A stretch of DNA of 64,000 nucleotides from Candidatus Staskawiczbacteria bacterium. Lineage in GTDB: Bacteria > Patescibacteriota > Minisyncoccia > Minisyncoccales > Staskawiczbacteraceae. The stretch is from assembly GCA_963778905.1 (NCBI GenBank), contig CAVZWH010000017.1:76-64075 (forward strand), given 5' to 3'. Made by a program: the position numbers and the translations under genes. The notes beneath the pieces are model-generated. The model did no database searches. It was not told where the DNA came from and saw only the letters and a program-made list of their open reading frames with translations. Positions 44,786 to 53,493 of this stretch are shown one piece after another. Every line of letters begins with the position of its first letter. Within the stretch, counting starts at the first letter, position 1.

Positions 44786-45226
44786 TTATATTTTTATCAG
44801 AAATTTTGCTGCCTCCTGGCTTATCTCATTTAAACTGCCTGCCTCGCTGGGCAAATTCTTTTTTTCTATTGCCTGGTTTAAAATTTTCATTAGAGCCGAT
44901 TGCTCTTCTTCATCCAGCTTGGTTATTTTATCTACCAGCTCTTTATTCGGGCTGACATAACGGCCGTCAGTAAAGCCGATAGTCAAATCATTGCCGTCGA
45001 TTTTATCGAAAATTAATTTTATCATTGCAACGTCTCCATTTATTGCCAGAGCCACAAGATTCTTGATAAGCCGCTGAGCTTTAGTTTCACTGCCTTTTAT
45101 TTCCTTCTGCAGTTCGTTTAAAAGAATAGGGGATAGATACTTATATCCCTTTTTCATGCCTGAATTTGCGGGCTTAGCCTGCCCGGGCTTAAATCTTGTG
45201 GATGGATTTGGATTATGATTTGTCAT
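44786..45226 (-). CDS. Phage-type small protein (DUF5681-like)
   Basis: It has RFKPGQAKPANSGMKKG, and its architecture is similar to 39013..39333. Confidence 0.4.
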   Translation of the reverse strand: MTNHNPNPSTRFKPGQAKPANSGMKKGYKYLSPILLNELQKEIKGSETKAQRLIKNLVALAINGDVAMIKLIFDKIDGNDLTIGFTDGRYVSPNKELVDKITKLDEEEQSALMKILNQAIEKKNLPSEAGSLNEISQEAAKFLIKI

Positions 45227-45441
45227 ATTCCTCTGTCTTTCCGCTGTTTGCGGAAAGTATTAGTTTCTTTTCTGCGTTTTTGAAGGATTTTAAATTCGGA
45301 CTTAGTCATCGGCTTATATATGAGTTCGACTAAACGAACAAGCTTCGCCTCTTTTTCAGCGGCTTCTTCTTTTGTGATATCTTTGCCAAATCTGGTCTGA
45401 TATAGTTCCATGAAATTTTTAATGTCTTTATCCTCTAACAT
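45223..45441 (-). CDS. Hypothetical small protein
   Basis: It is 72 aa and overlaps the downstream gene by 4 nt. Confidence 0.35.
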   Translation of the reverse strand: MLEDKDIKNFMELYQTRFGKDITKEEAAEKEAKLVRLVELIYKPMTKSEFKILQKRRKETNTFRKQRKDRGI

Positions 45442-45541
45442 TTATTTCCAACAAAAAACGCCCGGGCACAGGCCGTACTTTTGGTACGAACTATGCCCGG
45501 GCGTTCCGGACTAAGCTCTATTTAATTTTTAAGACTTATTA

Positions 45542-45823
45542 CTATCTATTTTTTATCTTAGGTCTTGCGAGGACATATGTCAAGCCTTTTCGGATTGTGC
45601 CTGTTATTTTATCTTTTGTAAACGTGAAGCGGTGCCGGCATTTTTTACATTCTACTTCAAACTTGTCTCCAAAATATTCAATGGTTGTTTTTGATTGCTG
45701 TACATTATGAAATTTTAAAACCTCAAATTTTTTGCTGTCCACACGCTCCATGAGAGAGGCGCCGCAGTCACAATATATCATACGGTTATCGCGGTTATTG
45801 TTATGTTGATTTCTATTTTCCAT
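45542..45823 (-). CDS. Small zinc-ribbon protein
   Basis: It has a CDC...CKKC cysteine pattern and is 93 aa. Confidence 0.4.
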   Translation of the reverse strand: MENRNQHNNNRDNRMIYCDCGASLMERVDSKKFEVLKFHNVQQSKTTIEYFGDKFEVECKKCRHRFTFTKDKITGTIRKGLTYVLARPKIKNR

Positions 45824-46162
45824 ATTTTAACCCTATACCATGCCAGAACCCATGTCAAATATTTCCCCGACCCGATAAACCTGGCGACTCATCCCGCTAC
45901 CCGATTTTTGCGGTTTATGCTAACATAAAAATACAACTAAATATTTCCGCCTAACCCCATAGATTTCTATGGGTATGGCACAAAAATCCTAGACAATAAA
46001 GATGGTCTTCTGACCAGTGCTTATTGTCTAGGTCTATATTCGAAAGAGTATAGGGTGATTCCGAAAGGAGTTGCCACTGCGTCGGGAGACCTTTTTTGTT
46101 TCTCGCAAAACTGCTTTTGCAAACATTTATTATTAAAAATTATTATTAAAATTAAAATAAAT

Positions 46163-47623
46163 ATGAAAAAACTTATTTTATTTTCCTTATTATCTTTATT
46201 ATTTATCCCCCTGATTGCCAATGCCTCATTAGATACAAATCTATATTACGGCTTGCAAAAAAACAGCGACGTAAAACAGTTGCAGGAGTTTTTAATTGAT
46301 AAGGGTTTTTTATTTGGTAGTTCAACGGGTAATTTTTATTCCTTAACCTTAAAAGCCGTAAAGGCATACCAAACAAGCGTAGGCATAAGTTCAACGGGCT
46401 ATGTTGGGACCCTTACGAGAAAATCTATTAACGATGAATTGGCGGCTGAACTCTCGGCTTCCAACCAGGAAGCGGTAAACGAAACTGGCACAACTCCGCC
46501 AGCATCAACGACGCCAACCACGACAAACGATTTAATGACTTCTTTGGCGGCACAGATTACTGCATTAGAACAGCAGATAGCTTTAATGCAAAAAAATACC
46601 GCCACTCAACAGCCGACTTCAAATCCATTACCAACTCCGACACCAACGCCCACTCCAACACCTACACCAACCCCCGTATGCCCGCAATATTCTGTTGCTG
46701 TTTGTGGCTCAGACGGTAAAACTTATTACGGGAATTATTGTTTAGGATACAATATGCCATCAGGAGTTTCGGTCGCAAGTCAGGGAGCTTGCTCTGCTCC
46801 AACGCCAATCTGCCCACCAAATTGGCAGTGCGGTTCTTGGGAAACTTGTACTAATTCCCAACAAACACGAACCTGCAACGACTCTAATGTCTGTAATACT
46901 ACAAACGGAGAGCCAGCAACAACTCAATCGTGCACCTCGCCGATAGTATTAAGCAATGACGACACATTAAGTAGTTTGAATGTAAATGGAATGCTTGTGC
47001 CCAATTTTTCTCCGACCACTATCTCTTATAATTATTCTTTGCCAGCGGGAACAACTACAATTTCGACTATTACAGCAATAACAAATAACGCAAATGCAAC
47101 AACAGCTATTACTCAAGCGGTAAGCACAACAGGCTCGGCAACAGTTTTAGTGACGGCACAAAATGGAATAACCAATCAGACATACACCGTGAATTTTAGC
47201 TTGCAAAATTATCAGCAAACCAATGGACCCCGTTTTGTTTCATGGACAGACTCGGCTGGCAATACTCTAACCAGTAATTATAATTATTATGCAAGCGGAT
47301 ACGGGTGGGAACAATACACAATTATGCCCACACAGTTGTCAATCAGTGCAAATCCGACACTAACTATCACAACTGTGGCTACCGATCCCAATGGGAGACC
47401 GCTTCAATATAAATTTCAGGATACAGTCGATGGCGTAGTTCAAGACTACTCTTCAAGCAACTCTTATACATTCAAAGTAGGCGGGGCTCCTGGAACTATA
47501 TTTAGGATAGTGGTCGATATTAAAAATGACAATTCTTATCTTTCTTCTTCGGATCCCTCCTATCCGGACGGCAGATTTGATATTGATGCTCAGTGGTTTG
47601 TTGATTATTCTTTAATTCCTTAA
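46163..47623 (+). CDS. Secreted multidomain protein: PG_binding_1, a TP-repeat linker, a Kazal-like domain, a Cys-rich module and a cadherin-like beta-sandwich
   Basis: It has the signal peptide MKKLILFSLLSLLFIPLIANA and the PG-binding segment VKQLQEFLIDKGFL...AVKAYQ. The linker is PTPTPTPTPTPTPTP. The Kazal signature is VCPQYSVAVCGSDGKTYYGNYC...GAC, and LSSLNVNG..LVPNFSPTTISYNYSL matches the cadherin-like domain. I chose the start at the ATG at 46163. Confidence 0.7.
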   Translation: MKKLILFSLLSLLFIPLIANASLDTNLYYGLQKNSDVKQLQEFLIDKGFLFGSSTGNFYSLTLKAVKAYQTSVGISSTGYVGTLTRKSINDELAAELSASNQEAVNETGTTPPASTTPTTTNDLMTSLAAQITALEQQIALMQKNTATQQPTSNPLPTPTPTPTPTPTPTPVCPQYSVAVCGSDGKTYYGNYCLGYNMPSGVSVASQGACSAPTPICPPNWQCGSWETCTNSQQTRTCNDSNVCNTTNGEPATTQSCTSPIVLSNDDTLSSLNVNGMLVPNFSPTTISYNYSLPAGTTTISTITAITNNANATTAITQAVSTTGSATVLVTAQNGITNQTYTVNFSLQNYQQTNGPRFVSWTDSAGNTLTSNYNYYASGYGWEQYTIMPTQLSISANPTLTITTVATDPNGRPLQYKFQDTVDGVVQDYSSSNSYTFKVGGAPGTIFRIVVDIKNDNSYLSSSDPSYPDGRFDIDAQWFVDYSLIP

Positions 47624-47664
47624 TGGTTTGGCTGGCCCAAAAAAATATTTTAAATCATAAACTT

Positions 47665-48438
47665 ATGAAAAAATATAAATCAATTGAGGTATCAGAGAAA
47701 CAGCTTGAGGATTTGATACGCCAAGGGCCGGATTTGATTGAAGAAGGCGTTCGGTATATTGACCATCAGAGAGGCACCGAAAGAGGCCCGCTTGATGTTC
47801 TGATGGTAGACAGCGGAAACGCGTTGATTGTCGCTGAATTAAAAATTGTTGAAGATGACGCCATGCTGGTTCAGGGCATTGACTACTATGATTATGTATC
47901 CAAAAACATTGAAGGCATCTCAAGAGTGTACAAAGATTTTAATATTGACCCCAGCCAGCCTGTCCGGCTTTTTCTCGTAGCTCCCAGTTTCTCTGTTTCT
48001 CTTCTTAATCGGTGTAAGTGGATAAACATGCCCATTTCCTTATTTACTTACAGCTGTATTACGTTTGAAGATCCAAAAGAAATAATACCTGTTTTTTCCG
48101 AGGCAGCCATTCCGGCAACTCCCGAAACGATGGAAACCTATAACCTTAAAGACCGGCTTGATTACATAACAAGTCCAGACATAAAAAAGATTGCCAGCGA
48201 TTTGATTGAGGAAATTAAAAGCTGGGACGCCGCGAACGTTCTTGTTGAGCCTACAAAATATGACATGTCGGCCAAAATTTCCGGCAGAGTGTTCGCCTAT
48301 ATCTATCCCCGCAGAAAATTCTTTTGGATTTATACGCCCGACAACGAGCAGAAATGGACAAACTTTAAAATTAATCAAAAAGAGGACTTAGAGACCGTTA
48401 AAATTTTGCTGAGAACTAATATTGATAGATTGCGATAG
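47665..48438 (+). CDS. NucS/DUF91-like PD-(D/E)xK nuclease family protein
   Basis: ERGPLDVLMVDSGNALIVAELKIVEDDAMLVQGIDY resembles the G.(I/L)D(L/V)L..D..G..V(V/I).ELK core. Confidence 0.55.
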   Translation: MKKYKSIEVSEKQLEDLIRQGPDLIEEGVRYIDHQRGTERGPLDVLMVDSGNALIVAELKIVEDDAMLVQGIDYYDYVSKNIEGISRVYKDFNIDPSQPVRLFLVAPSFSVSLLNRCKWINMPISLFTYSCITFEDPKEIIPVFSEAAIPATPETMETYNLKDRLDYITSPDIKKIASDLIEEIKSWDAANVLVEPTKYDMSAKISGRVFAYIYPRRKFFWIYTPDNEQKWTNFKINQKEDLETVKILLRTNIDRLR

Positions 48439-48665
48439 TTTGCTGGTGAAAAAAATTGAAATTTTCAGCGGGTAGATAGTCTTGCAAAACAGCTGCAACG
48501 GTTAGATTTTTATTCAAAGACCGACAAACTCCCGTCCAGGCCCTGAAAACCCCACAAAACTCCAAATAATTGCTCAAGTGCCCTAAAGAAGCCCGTTCGT
48601 TCGGGCTTTTTTTTGTGCTAAATTTTGCATTTTTTATATAAAAGGTGCAAAATAGAATAACCATT

Positions 48666-49538
48666 ATGAATGTCCAAACAATAGAAAAAATAAATTTGTT
48701 TAGCCAAAAGGAGAAAAAAATAAAATCCGATGTGATATTCGGAGATTGCCTTGATGTTCTTAAAAAATTAGATAGCAACAGTATTGATCTTATTGTGACA
48801 TCTCCTCCCTATGCAGATCAGAGAAAAGATACTTATGGCGGTATCCATCCGGATAAATATGTTGAGTGGTTTTTGCCGATGACCAATGAGCTATTAAGGG
48901 TACTCAAACCAACGGGGACATTTATACTTAACATAAAAGAAAAAACTGTTGATGGCGAACGGCACACTTACGTTATAGATTTAATAAAAAAAATGAGAGA
49001 GCAGGGCTGGCTTTGGACAGAAGAATTAATTTGGAATAAAAAGAATTGTTTTCCCGGCAAATGGCCGAATCGTTTCCGCAATTCGTGGGAAAGATTGCTG
49101 CAATTTAATAAACAGAAAAAGTTTAATATGTATCAGGATGCAGTAATGGTTCCAATGGGGGATTGGGCTAAAACTCGTTTGAAGAATTTGAGCGAAACAG
49201 ATATGATAAGAGACAATTCAAAAGTAGGCAGTGGTTTTGGAAAAAATGTGTCAAAGTGGGTAGGCAGAGACATGGCTTATCCGACAAATGTTTTAACAAT
49301 GGCAACTGAATCTTCTAATAAAAATCACAGTGCAGTATTCCCAAAAGAATTACCATTGTGGTTCATTAAACTTTTTACAAAAGAAGGTGATGTTGTTTTA
49401 GATCCATTCCTTGGATCCGGCACAACGTCAATCGCCGCCATTTCCCTTGACCGCAATTCAATTGGTATTGAAATCAAAGAGGATTATTATAACTTAGCAG
49501 TTAAAAATATAACTCAAGAAATAAATAAAATAATATGA
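48666..49538 (+). CDS. Beta-class DNA methyltransferase (SPPY motif, likely N4-cytosine or N6-adenine)
   Basis: Motif IV is LIVTSPPYADQRK and motif I is DPFLGSGTTSIAAISL. The ATG at 48666 is preferred over the GTG at 48645. Confidence 0.85.
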   Translation: MNVQTIEKINLFSQKEKKIKSDVIFGDCLDVLKKLDSNSIDLIVTSPPYADQRKDTYGGIHPDKYVEWFLPMTNELLRVLKPTGTFILNIKEKTVDGERHTYVIDLIKKMREQGWLWTEELIWNKKNCFPGKWPNRFRNSWERLLQFNKQKKFNMYQDAVMVPMGDWAKTRLKNLSETDMIRDNSKVGSGFGKNVSKWVGRDMAYPTNVLTMATESSNKNHSAVFPKELPLWFIKLFTKEGDVVLDPFLGSGTTSIAAISLDRNSIGIEIKEDYYNLAVKNITQEINKII

Positions 49539-50293
49539 AAAAATTAAACTACGAAAAGTTGAATGCTTTTATTGCATCTGATGTCATAAGGCCATTTTAT
49601 GAAACAAGGCTGAATCATCTGAATTCCGTTAAATTAGCAGATGTAGCCAAAAGAAAAAATCCATACTTATTCAAAGCAAAAAACATTGAAACCGCCGGTG
49701 ATCTTGCAAAAGGAATCCTTGATGCTTTTTTATCGTCCCAAGAGGAAACTATTTTTGGAGCTTTGATGGAAAACTTAGCCATTCATGTTTGCCATCAGGT
49801 ATTCAATGGCAAAAAAGCTGAGCAAGGTAAATACATAAGCGTCGATTTGATTTTTGATAGAGATGGTAAAACCTACATCGTCGGCATTAAGTCTGGGCCT
49901 AACTGGGGCAATAGCGACCAGGTTAACACAATGAAAAAGAATTTTAAAAAAGCAAAGGATTTAATCAAATCCGAATCGGGCAAGAAAAATTTGGTGGCAG
50001 TAAACGGCTGCATATACGGAAAAGATAATGTGCCTTATAAGGAAAACAAGGAGCCTGAACTTAGCTATTACAAAATCTGCGGGCAGGTATTTTGGGAATT
50101 AATATCCGGTGACAACGAGCTTTACAAGAAGCTGATTCAGCCGCTTGATAAAGAGGCCAAAAAGAGAGACGAAACTTTCAAGGAACTTTACGTAAAAAAG
50201 ATAAATGAAATGACCAAAGATATTGTTAATCTTTTTTATACAAAAAACAACTTGGACTGGGATAAAATTATAGAATACGTTTCTAAGAAATAA
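49535..50293 (+). CDS. Candidate cognate type II restriction endonuclease
   Basis: It overlaps the MTase stop by 4 nt (ATGA). It has a possible PD-(D/E)xK-like core, VDLIFDRDGKTYIVGIKSG. The family is not identified. Confidence 0.5.
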   Translation: MKKLNYEKLNAFIASDVIRPFYETRLNHLNSVKLADVAKRKNPYLFKAKNIETAGDLAKGILDAFLSSQEETIFGALMENLAIHVCHQVFNGKKAEQGKYISVDLIFDRDGKTYIVGIKSGPNWGNSDQVNTMKKNFKKAKDLIKSESGKKNLVAVNGCIYGKDNVPYKENKEPELSYYKICGQVFWELISGDNELYKKLIQPLDKEAKKRDETFKELYVKKINEMTKDIVNLFYTKNNLDWDKIIEYVSKK

Positions 50294-50446
50294 TTGATTT
50301 TTTACCGAAAATATGCTAAGTTAGAGTTATAATTTAGGGACGAAACGTCCGACCTGAATACTCTCGAAGCATCCAAGCCGGGTAACTCCCGGTTTGTTTT
50401 ATTAAATAAATAATCATACAGAATTTTTAATGGTAAAAAGAATAAT

Positions 50447-52366
50447 ATGTCAAAAATACAAGAGGTTTTATTAAATACTTATTTAGACTTGTCGCGTGAG
50501 GGCTCTGATCTCAGGGATATGGCTTATGTCAAAGCAATAATGTGGGTATTATTTGCCGAAGGAAAGCCATTAGATGTTCCGACTATTGCCAATAATATCG
50601 CCCAATTGGTCGGTTCCAGCAATTTACCTATAAACTCAATATCTAAAGCTTTGGGCATATTAGGCATGAGGAAATTAGCATTTGAGAAAAAGGGAAATTG
50701 GGAATTATCGCCTTTAGAAAAAAGCAATATGCAGAGGCAGATACAGCATTCTATTGATATTACCTCGCAAATTCTTATTAGAAGATTTCCAAATTTAATA
50801 GAAAAACAGAAATTGCAAAATTGGTTTGATGATGCTAACAGCCAATATTTCAGTGCGGGTGCAAACAAACTCATCGCTTTGTACACAAGTCATCAAAAAC
50901 CTTTATTTAATGTTGAAAGTGTAATTAAACCAATAATAAAAAAGCATGGGTTGAGCAAATATGAGAAAGAATTGCTGCAAGGATACAGGGAATTTTTGAC
51001 AAGTGACGACCGCGAAGAAGGCGAAAAGATTATGAACTTGATGAGGTCGTTGTTGTCGTCAAAATTGGTTTCAGTAAATATTAGCCCAGAGATATTAAAT
51101 ATAGAAAGGTATAAAAATGCGGAAATGCTTTTAGATACTAACGTTTTATTCGCAATGCGTTTGTATCGCGGCGACGAACTAGATCAAGCATTCAAAGCAT
51201 TCGGCAAAGTGATGAACTCTTTAGGAATAAAACTTTTCATTACCGATTTTACTAAAGAAGAATACGAAAAAGTAAGAATTGGTGAAAAGGGAACCTTTCT
51301 TACTCTCATAAAAAATTATTCAAAGGGTATTTTTGAGGGGATGAGTCAGAATAATGATATTGCAAAGTCGGTATTGCGGTTGGAATGTGCAAATACTGAA
51401 GACATAGAAAGGTTTTTTGATATAACATTAAAAATGCCAGAAGAAATTGGAGGTGCAAAAATAAATGTTCTTGGTGGCAATAAGATCATAGGGAGTGATT
51501 ATGTCCCTGATGCTGACAAGGTTTTATTTAGTCAAATACAGGAAGCTACCCGACAACGCAGTGGTACTAAAAAACGCGAAAATGCAGCAATACATGATGT
51601 GAGATTAATGAAACTAGCGCTTAAAAAAAATTCCGCCAAAAAAACTTTTGTGCTTACCCTTGACGGTGCTATGGAGGCACTAGCCTTAGAAAAAGTTGGT
51701 GATAAAGAAGAACCGCTTTGGATTAGTCTTTATAGTTTAGTACAAATTTTAGCCATTAACGGCGCGGGACCAGATTTCAATCCTAATGATTTGGCACCAT
51801 TTATCAAAATGTTTATGGAATTTGAAGAAGCCACAAAGGAAGAAAAATATGATGAACGTGATCTGTTGCTTGTTATAGAAAAAACCAACAGAGTAAACGA
51901 GATATCGGAAACCAAGGCGATTAGTTTGCTAAATAAAATGCATAGGGTAAAACTTAGGCGTTCTCCGGAAGAAGCTGTTCGTGAAATGGTTTTAGAACTA
52001 GACAGAACATTAAGGCAGGATGCCACTAAAACAGACACGGCTTTAAAAAATAAGCAAACTGAAATTGATAATCTTGTTCAAGAAAAAGGAGAGAAAGAAA
52101 AACAGCTTAAGGGGGTCAACTCAGAACTAAAGACCGAAAAAATTAAAAAAGTTATATTTTTGTTTTGCCTAAGAATTATTGTTTATTCATTATTAATTAC
52201 TTTTTTAATTTGGTATTTGAAGGGCGAGATGTTTACTGCTTATAGTCAAAATTTACATTATAATTTGGTTTCAATCATTGCCGTGATAGTTGGCGTAGTG
52301 TGTACGGCCGTCGGTGATTATTTTTCTTATACCTCTCTGAGGATAAAAGAAATAAATAGCAATTAA
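50447..52366 (+). CDS. Multidomain protein: N-terminal wHTH-like region, PIN-like domain, coiled coil and two C-terminal TM helices
   Basis: The PIN-like acidic motifs are MLLDTNVLFAM, AAIHDVRLM and FVLTLDGAM. The coiled coil is KNKQTEIDNLVQEKGEKEKQLKGVNSELK. The TM helices are VIFLFCLRIIVYSLLITFLIWYL and LVSIIAVIVGVVCTAVG. Confidence 0.55.
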   Translation: MSKIQEVLLNTYLDLSREGSDLRDMAYVKAIMWVLFAEGKPLDVPTIANNIAQLVGSSNLPINSISKALGILGMRKLAFEKKGNWELSPLEKSNMQRQIQHSIDITSQILIRRFPNLIEKQKLQNWFDDANSQYFSAGANKLIALYTSHQKPLFNVESVIKPIIKKHGLSKYEKELLQGYREFLTSDDREEGEKIMNLMRSLLSSKLVSVNISPEILNIERYKNAEMLLDTNVLFAMRLYRGDELDQAFKAFGKVMNSLGIKLFITDFTKEEYEKVRIGEKGTFLTLIKNYSKGIFEGMSQNNDIAKSVLRLECANTEDIERFFDITLKMPEEIGGAKINVLGGNKIIGSDYVPDADKVLFSQIQEATRQRSGTKKRENAAIHDVRLMKLALKKNSAKKTFVLTLDGAMEALALEKVGDKEEPLWISLYSLVQILAINGAGPDFNPNDLAPFIKMFMEFEEATKEEKYDERDLLLVIEKTNRVNEISETKAISLLNKMHRVKLRRSPEEAVREMVLELDRTLRQDATKTDTALKNKQTEIDNLVQEKGEKEKQLKGVNSELKTEKIKKVIFLFCLRIIVYSLLITFLIWYLKGEMFTAYSQNLHYNLVSIIAVIVGVVCTAVGDYFSYTSLRIKEINSN

Positions 52367-52396
52367 AAATTAAAAATATGCAAACTCAAAAAATAA

Positions 52397-53029
52397 ATGG
52401 ATAAAAACTGTCTTTATTTCGACAAAGAAACAATTGCCTCCTATCTAACGAAGAAAAAAGAGAAGGGCACACTGAATCTTAAATCAAAAGATTATGAGCT
52501 TTTGGTTGCACTGCTTCTCCGGGAATTATATGCAAAGAAGCTGGGATTTACCGATGCAATAATTGGACTTCCATTGAGGGACGAACGCATAGGAGATTTC
52601 CCCAACCACGGAGTTTTTGAATTTTCGGAATTAGAAAAGATTTTAGCATCTAAACAGGTGTTTGATGAGGATAGTGATGTAGACGTTGTTATAGGAAGAA
52701 AAGTAGGCGGACTAATAAAAAAAACAGCAGTGCCGTATCAGCTCAAACGTTTTGGTCTTGGCAAGGAGGCTGGGGGAGACACTCATAAATTTATAGATTT
52801 TCTTAAAAAATATGAAAAATATGCCTCCACCCAAACAAGATTGATGATCCTTTTGGAACCTGGCACCGAAGAAATTGATACTAAAGAAGCCATAGAGTGG
52901 CTTAAGAATGGGGAGTATCCATTCAGAGAAGTTGCGGTCGTCTTTTCGGCCAACGATATAATTACGTTCGTACAAATATTCCCTAATCCTGGTTCTGAAG
53001 AATTACCCTTAAAGGATTTTGGTTTATAA
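52397..53029 (+). CDS. Hypothetical protein (possible restriction-endonuclease-like fold)
   Basis: It is 210 aa. The segment DSDVDVVIGRK...VPYQLKRF is a weak D...(E/Q)xK-like pattern only. Confidence 0.35.
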   Translation: MDKNCLYFDKETIASYLTKKKEKGTLNLKSKDYELLVALLLRELYAKKLGFTDAIIGLPLRDERIGDFPNHGVFEFSELEKILASKQVFDEDSDVDVVIGRKVGGLIKKTAVPYQLKRFGLGKEAGGDTHKFIDFLKKYEKYASTQTRLMILLEPGTEEIDTKEAIEWLKNGEYPFREVAVVFSANDIITFVQIFPNPGSEELPLKDFGL

Positions 53030-53163
53030 TTTAAAAGTTTTATATATCTGGAGCAATTAATGAACTAAATTTGACCCGTGTGTCCGTTATACCAGACGAA
53101 ACAATGATTTCTACTATAACTATAAAAAGATTAACTGGTAAATAAAAAATAAAATATAAAACA

Positions 53164-53493
53164 ATGAAAATAAAAGAAATATTTAGAATAGGCGGTATTA
53201 CGGAGTTGATTGATGGAAGGTCTCCTTTTTTGGATTGGAATAATTGTAGTATTGAAAATAAAAGCATGAGCGAAAATTCTTTAATTCTACGGCTTAAAAG
53301 AAAATCTGACGGGGAAGAGGGGATATCCCGCCTTAGAGTTCAAGATAAATTTAAGAGCATAGAAAATCAACTGCTTAATTGGGCGTTCGCCAGTTCTAAA
53401 ATTGTGGGGCTTACTTTAAACGATCTGAATGATTTAGATGTGGACATAGAGATACAAGATTTCAAAGGAAGGCTAAGTATAAAAAATAATTGA
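53164..53493 (+). CDS. Hypothetical small protein
   Basis: It is 109 aa, and its stop overlaps the next ORF start. Confidence 0.3.
   Translation: MKIKEIFRIGGITELIDGRSPFLDWNNCSIENKSMSENSLILRLKRKSDGEEGISRLRVQDKFKSIENQLLNWAFASSKIVGLTLNDLNDLDVDIEIQDFKGRLSIKNN

Larger units (their letters stand above)
40288..45990. mobile_element. Second LSR-bearing element, with all genes on the minus strand. The right end is approximate.
   Basis: The LSR sits at the left edge, followed by phage-type orphan MTases and DUF5681-like and zinc-ribbon small genes. A strong hairpin at 45988-46032 lies beyond the last gene. Confidence 0.45.

Noticed and set aside
44394-44960. 188-aa plus-strand Ser/Phe-rich ORF
   Set aside because: It is a low-complexity antisense shadow of the ParB-MTase and DUF5681-like genes, both of which have clear motifs on the minus strand.
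46630-46675. Short tandem ACNCCN repeats
   Set aside because: They encode a (Thr-Pro)n interdomain linker within a secreted protein. This is neither a CRISPR array nor a regulatory repeat. No CRISPR-like repeat-spacer array was seen anywhere in the window.
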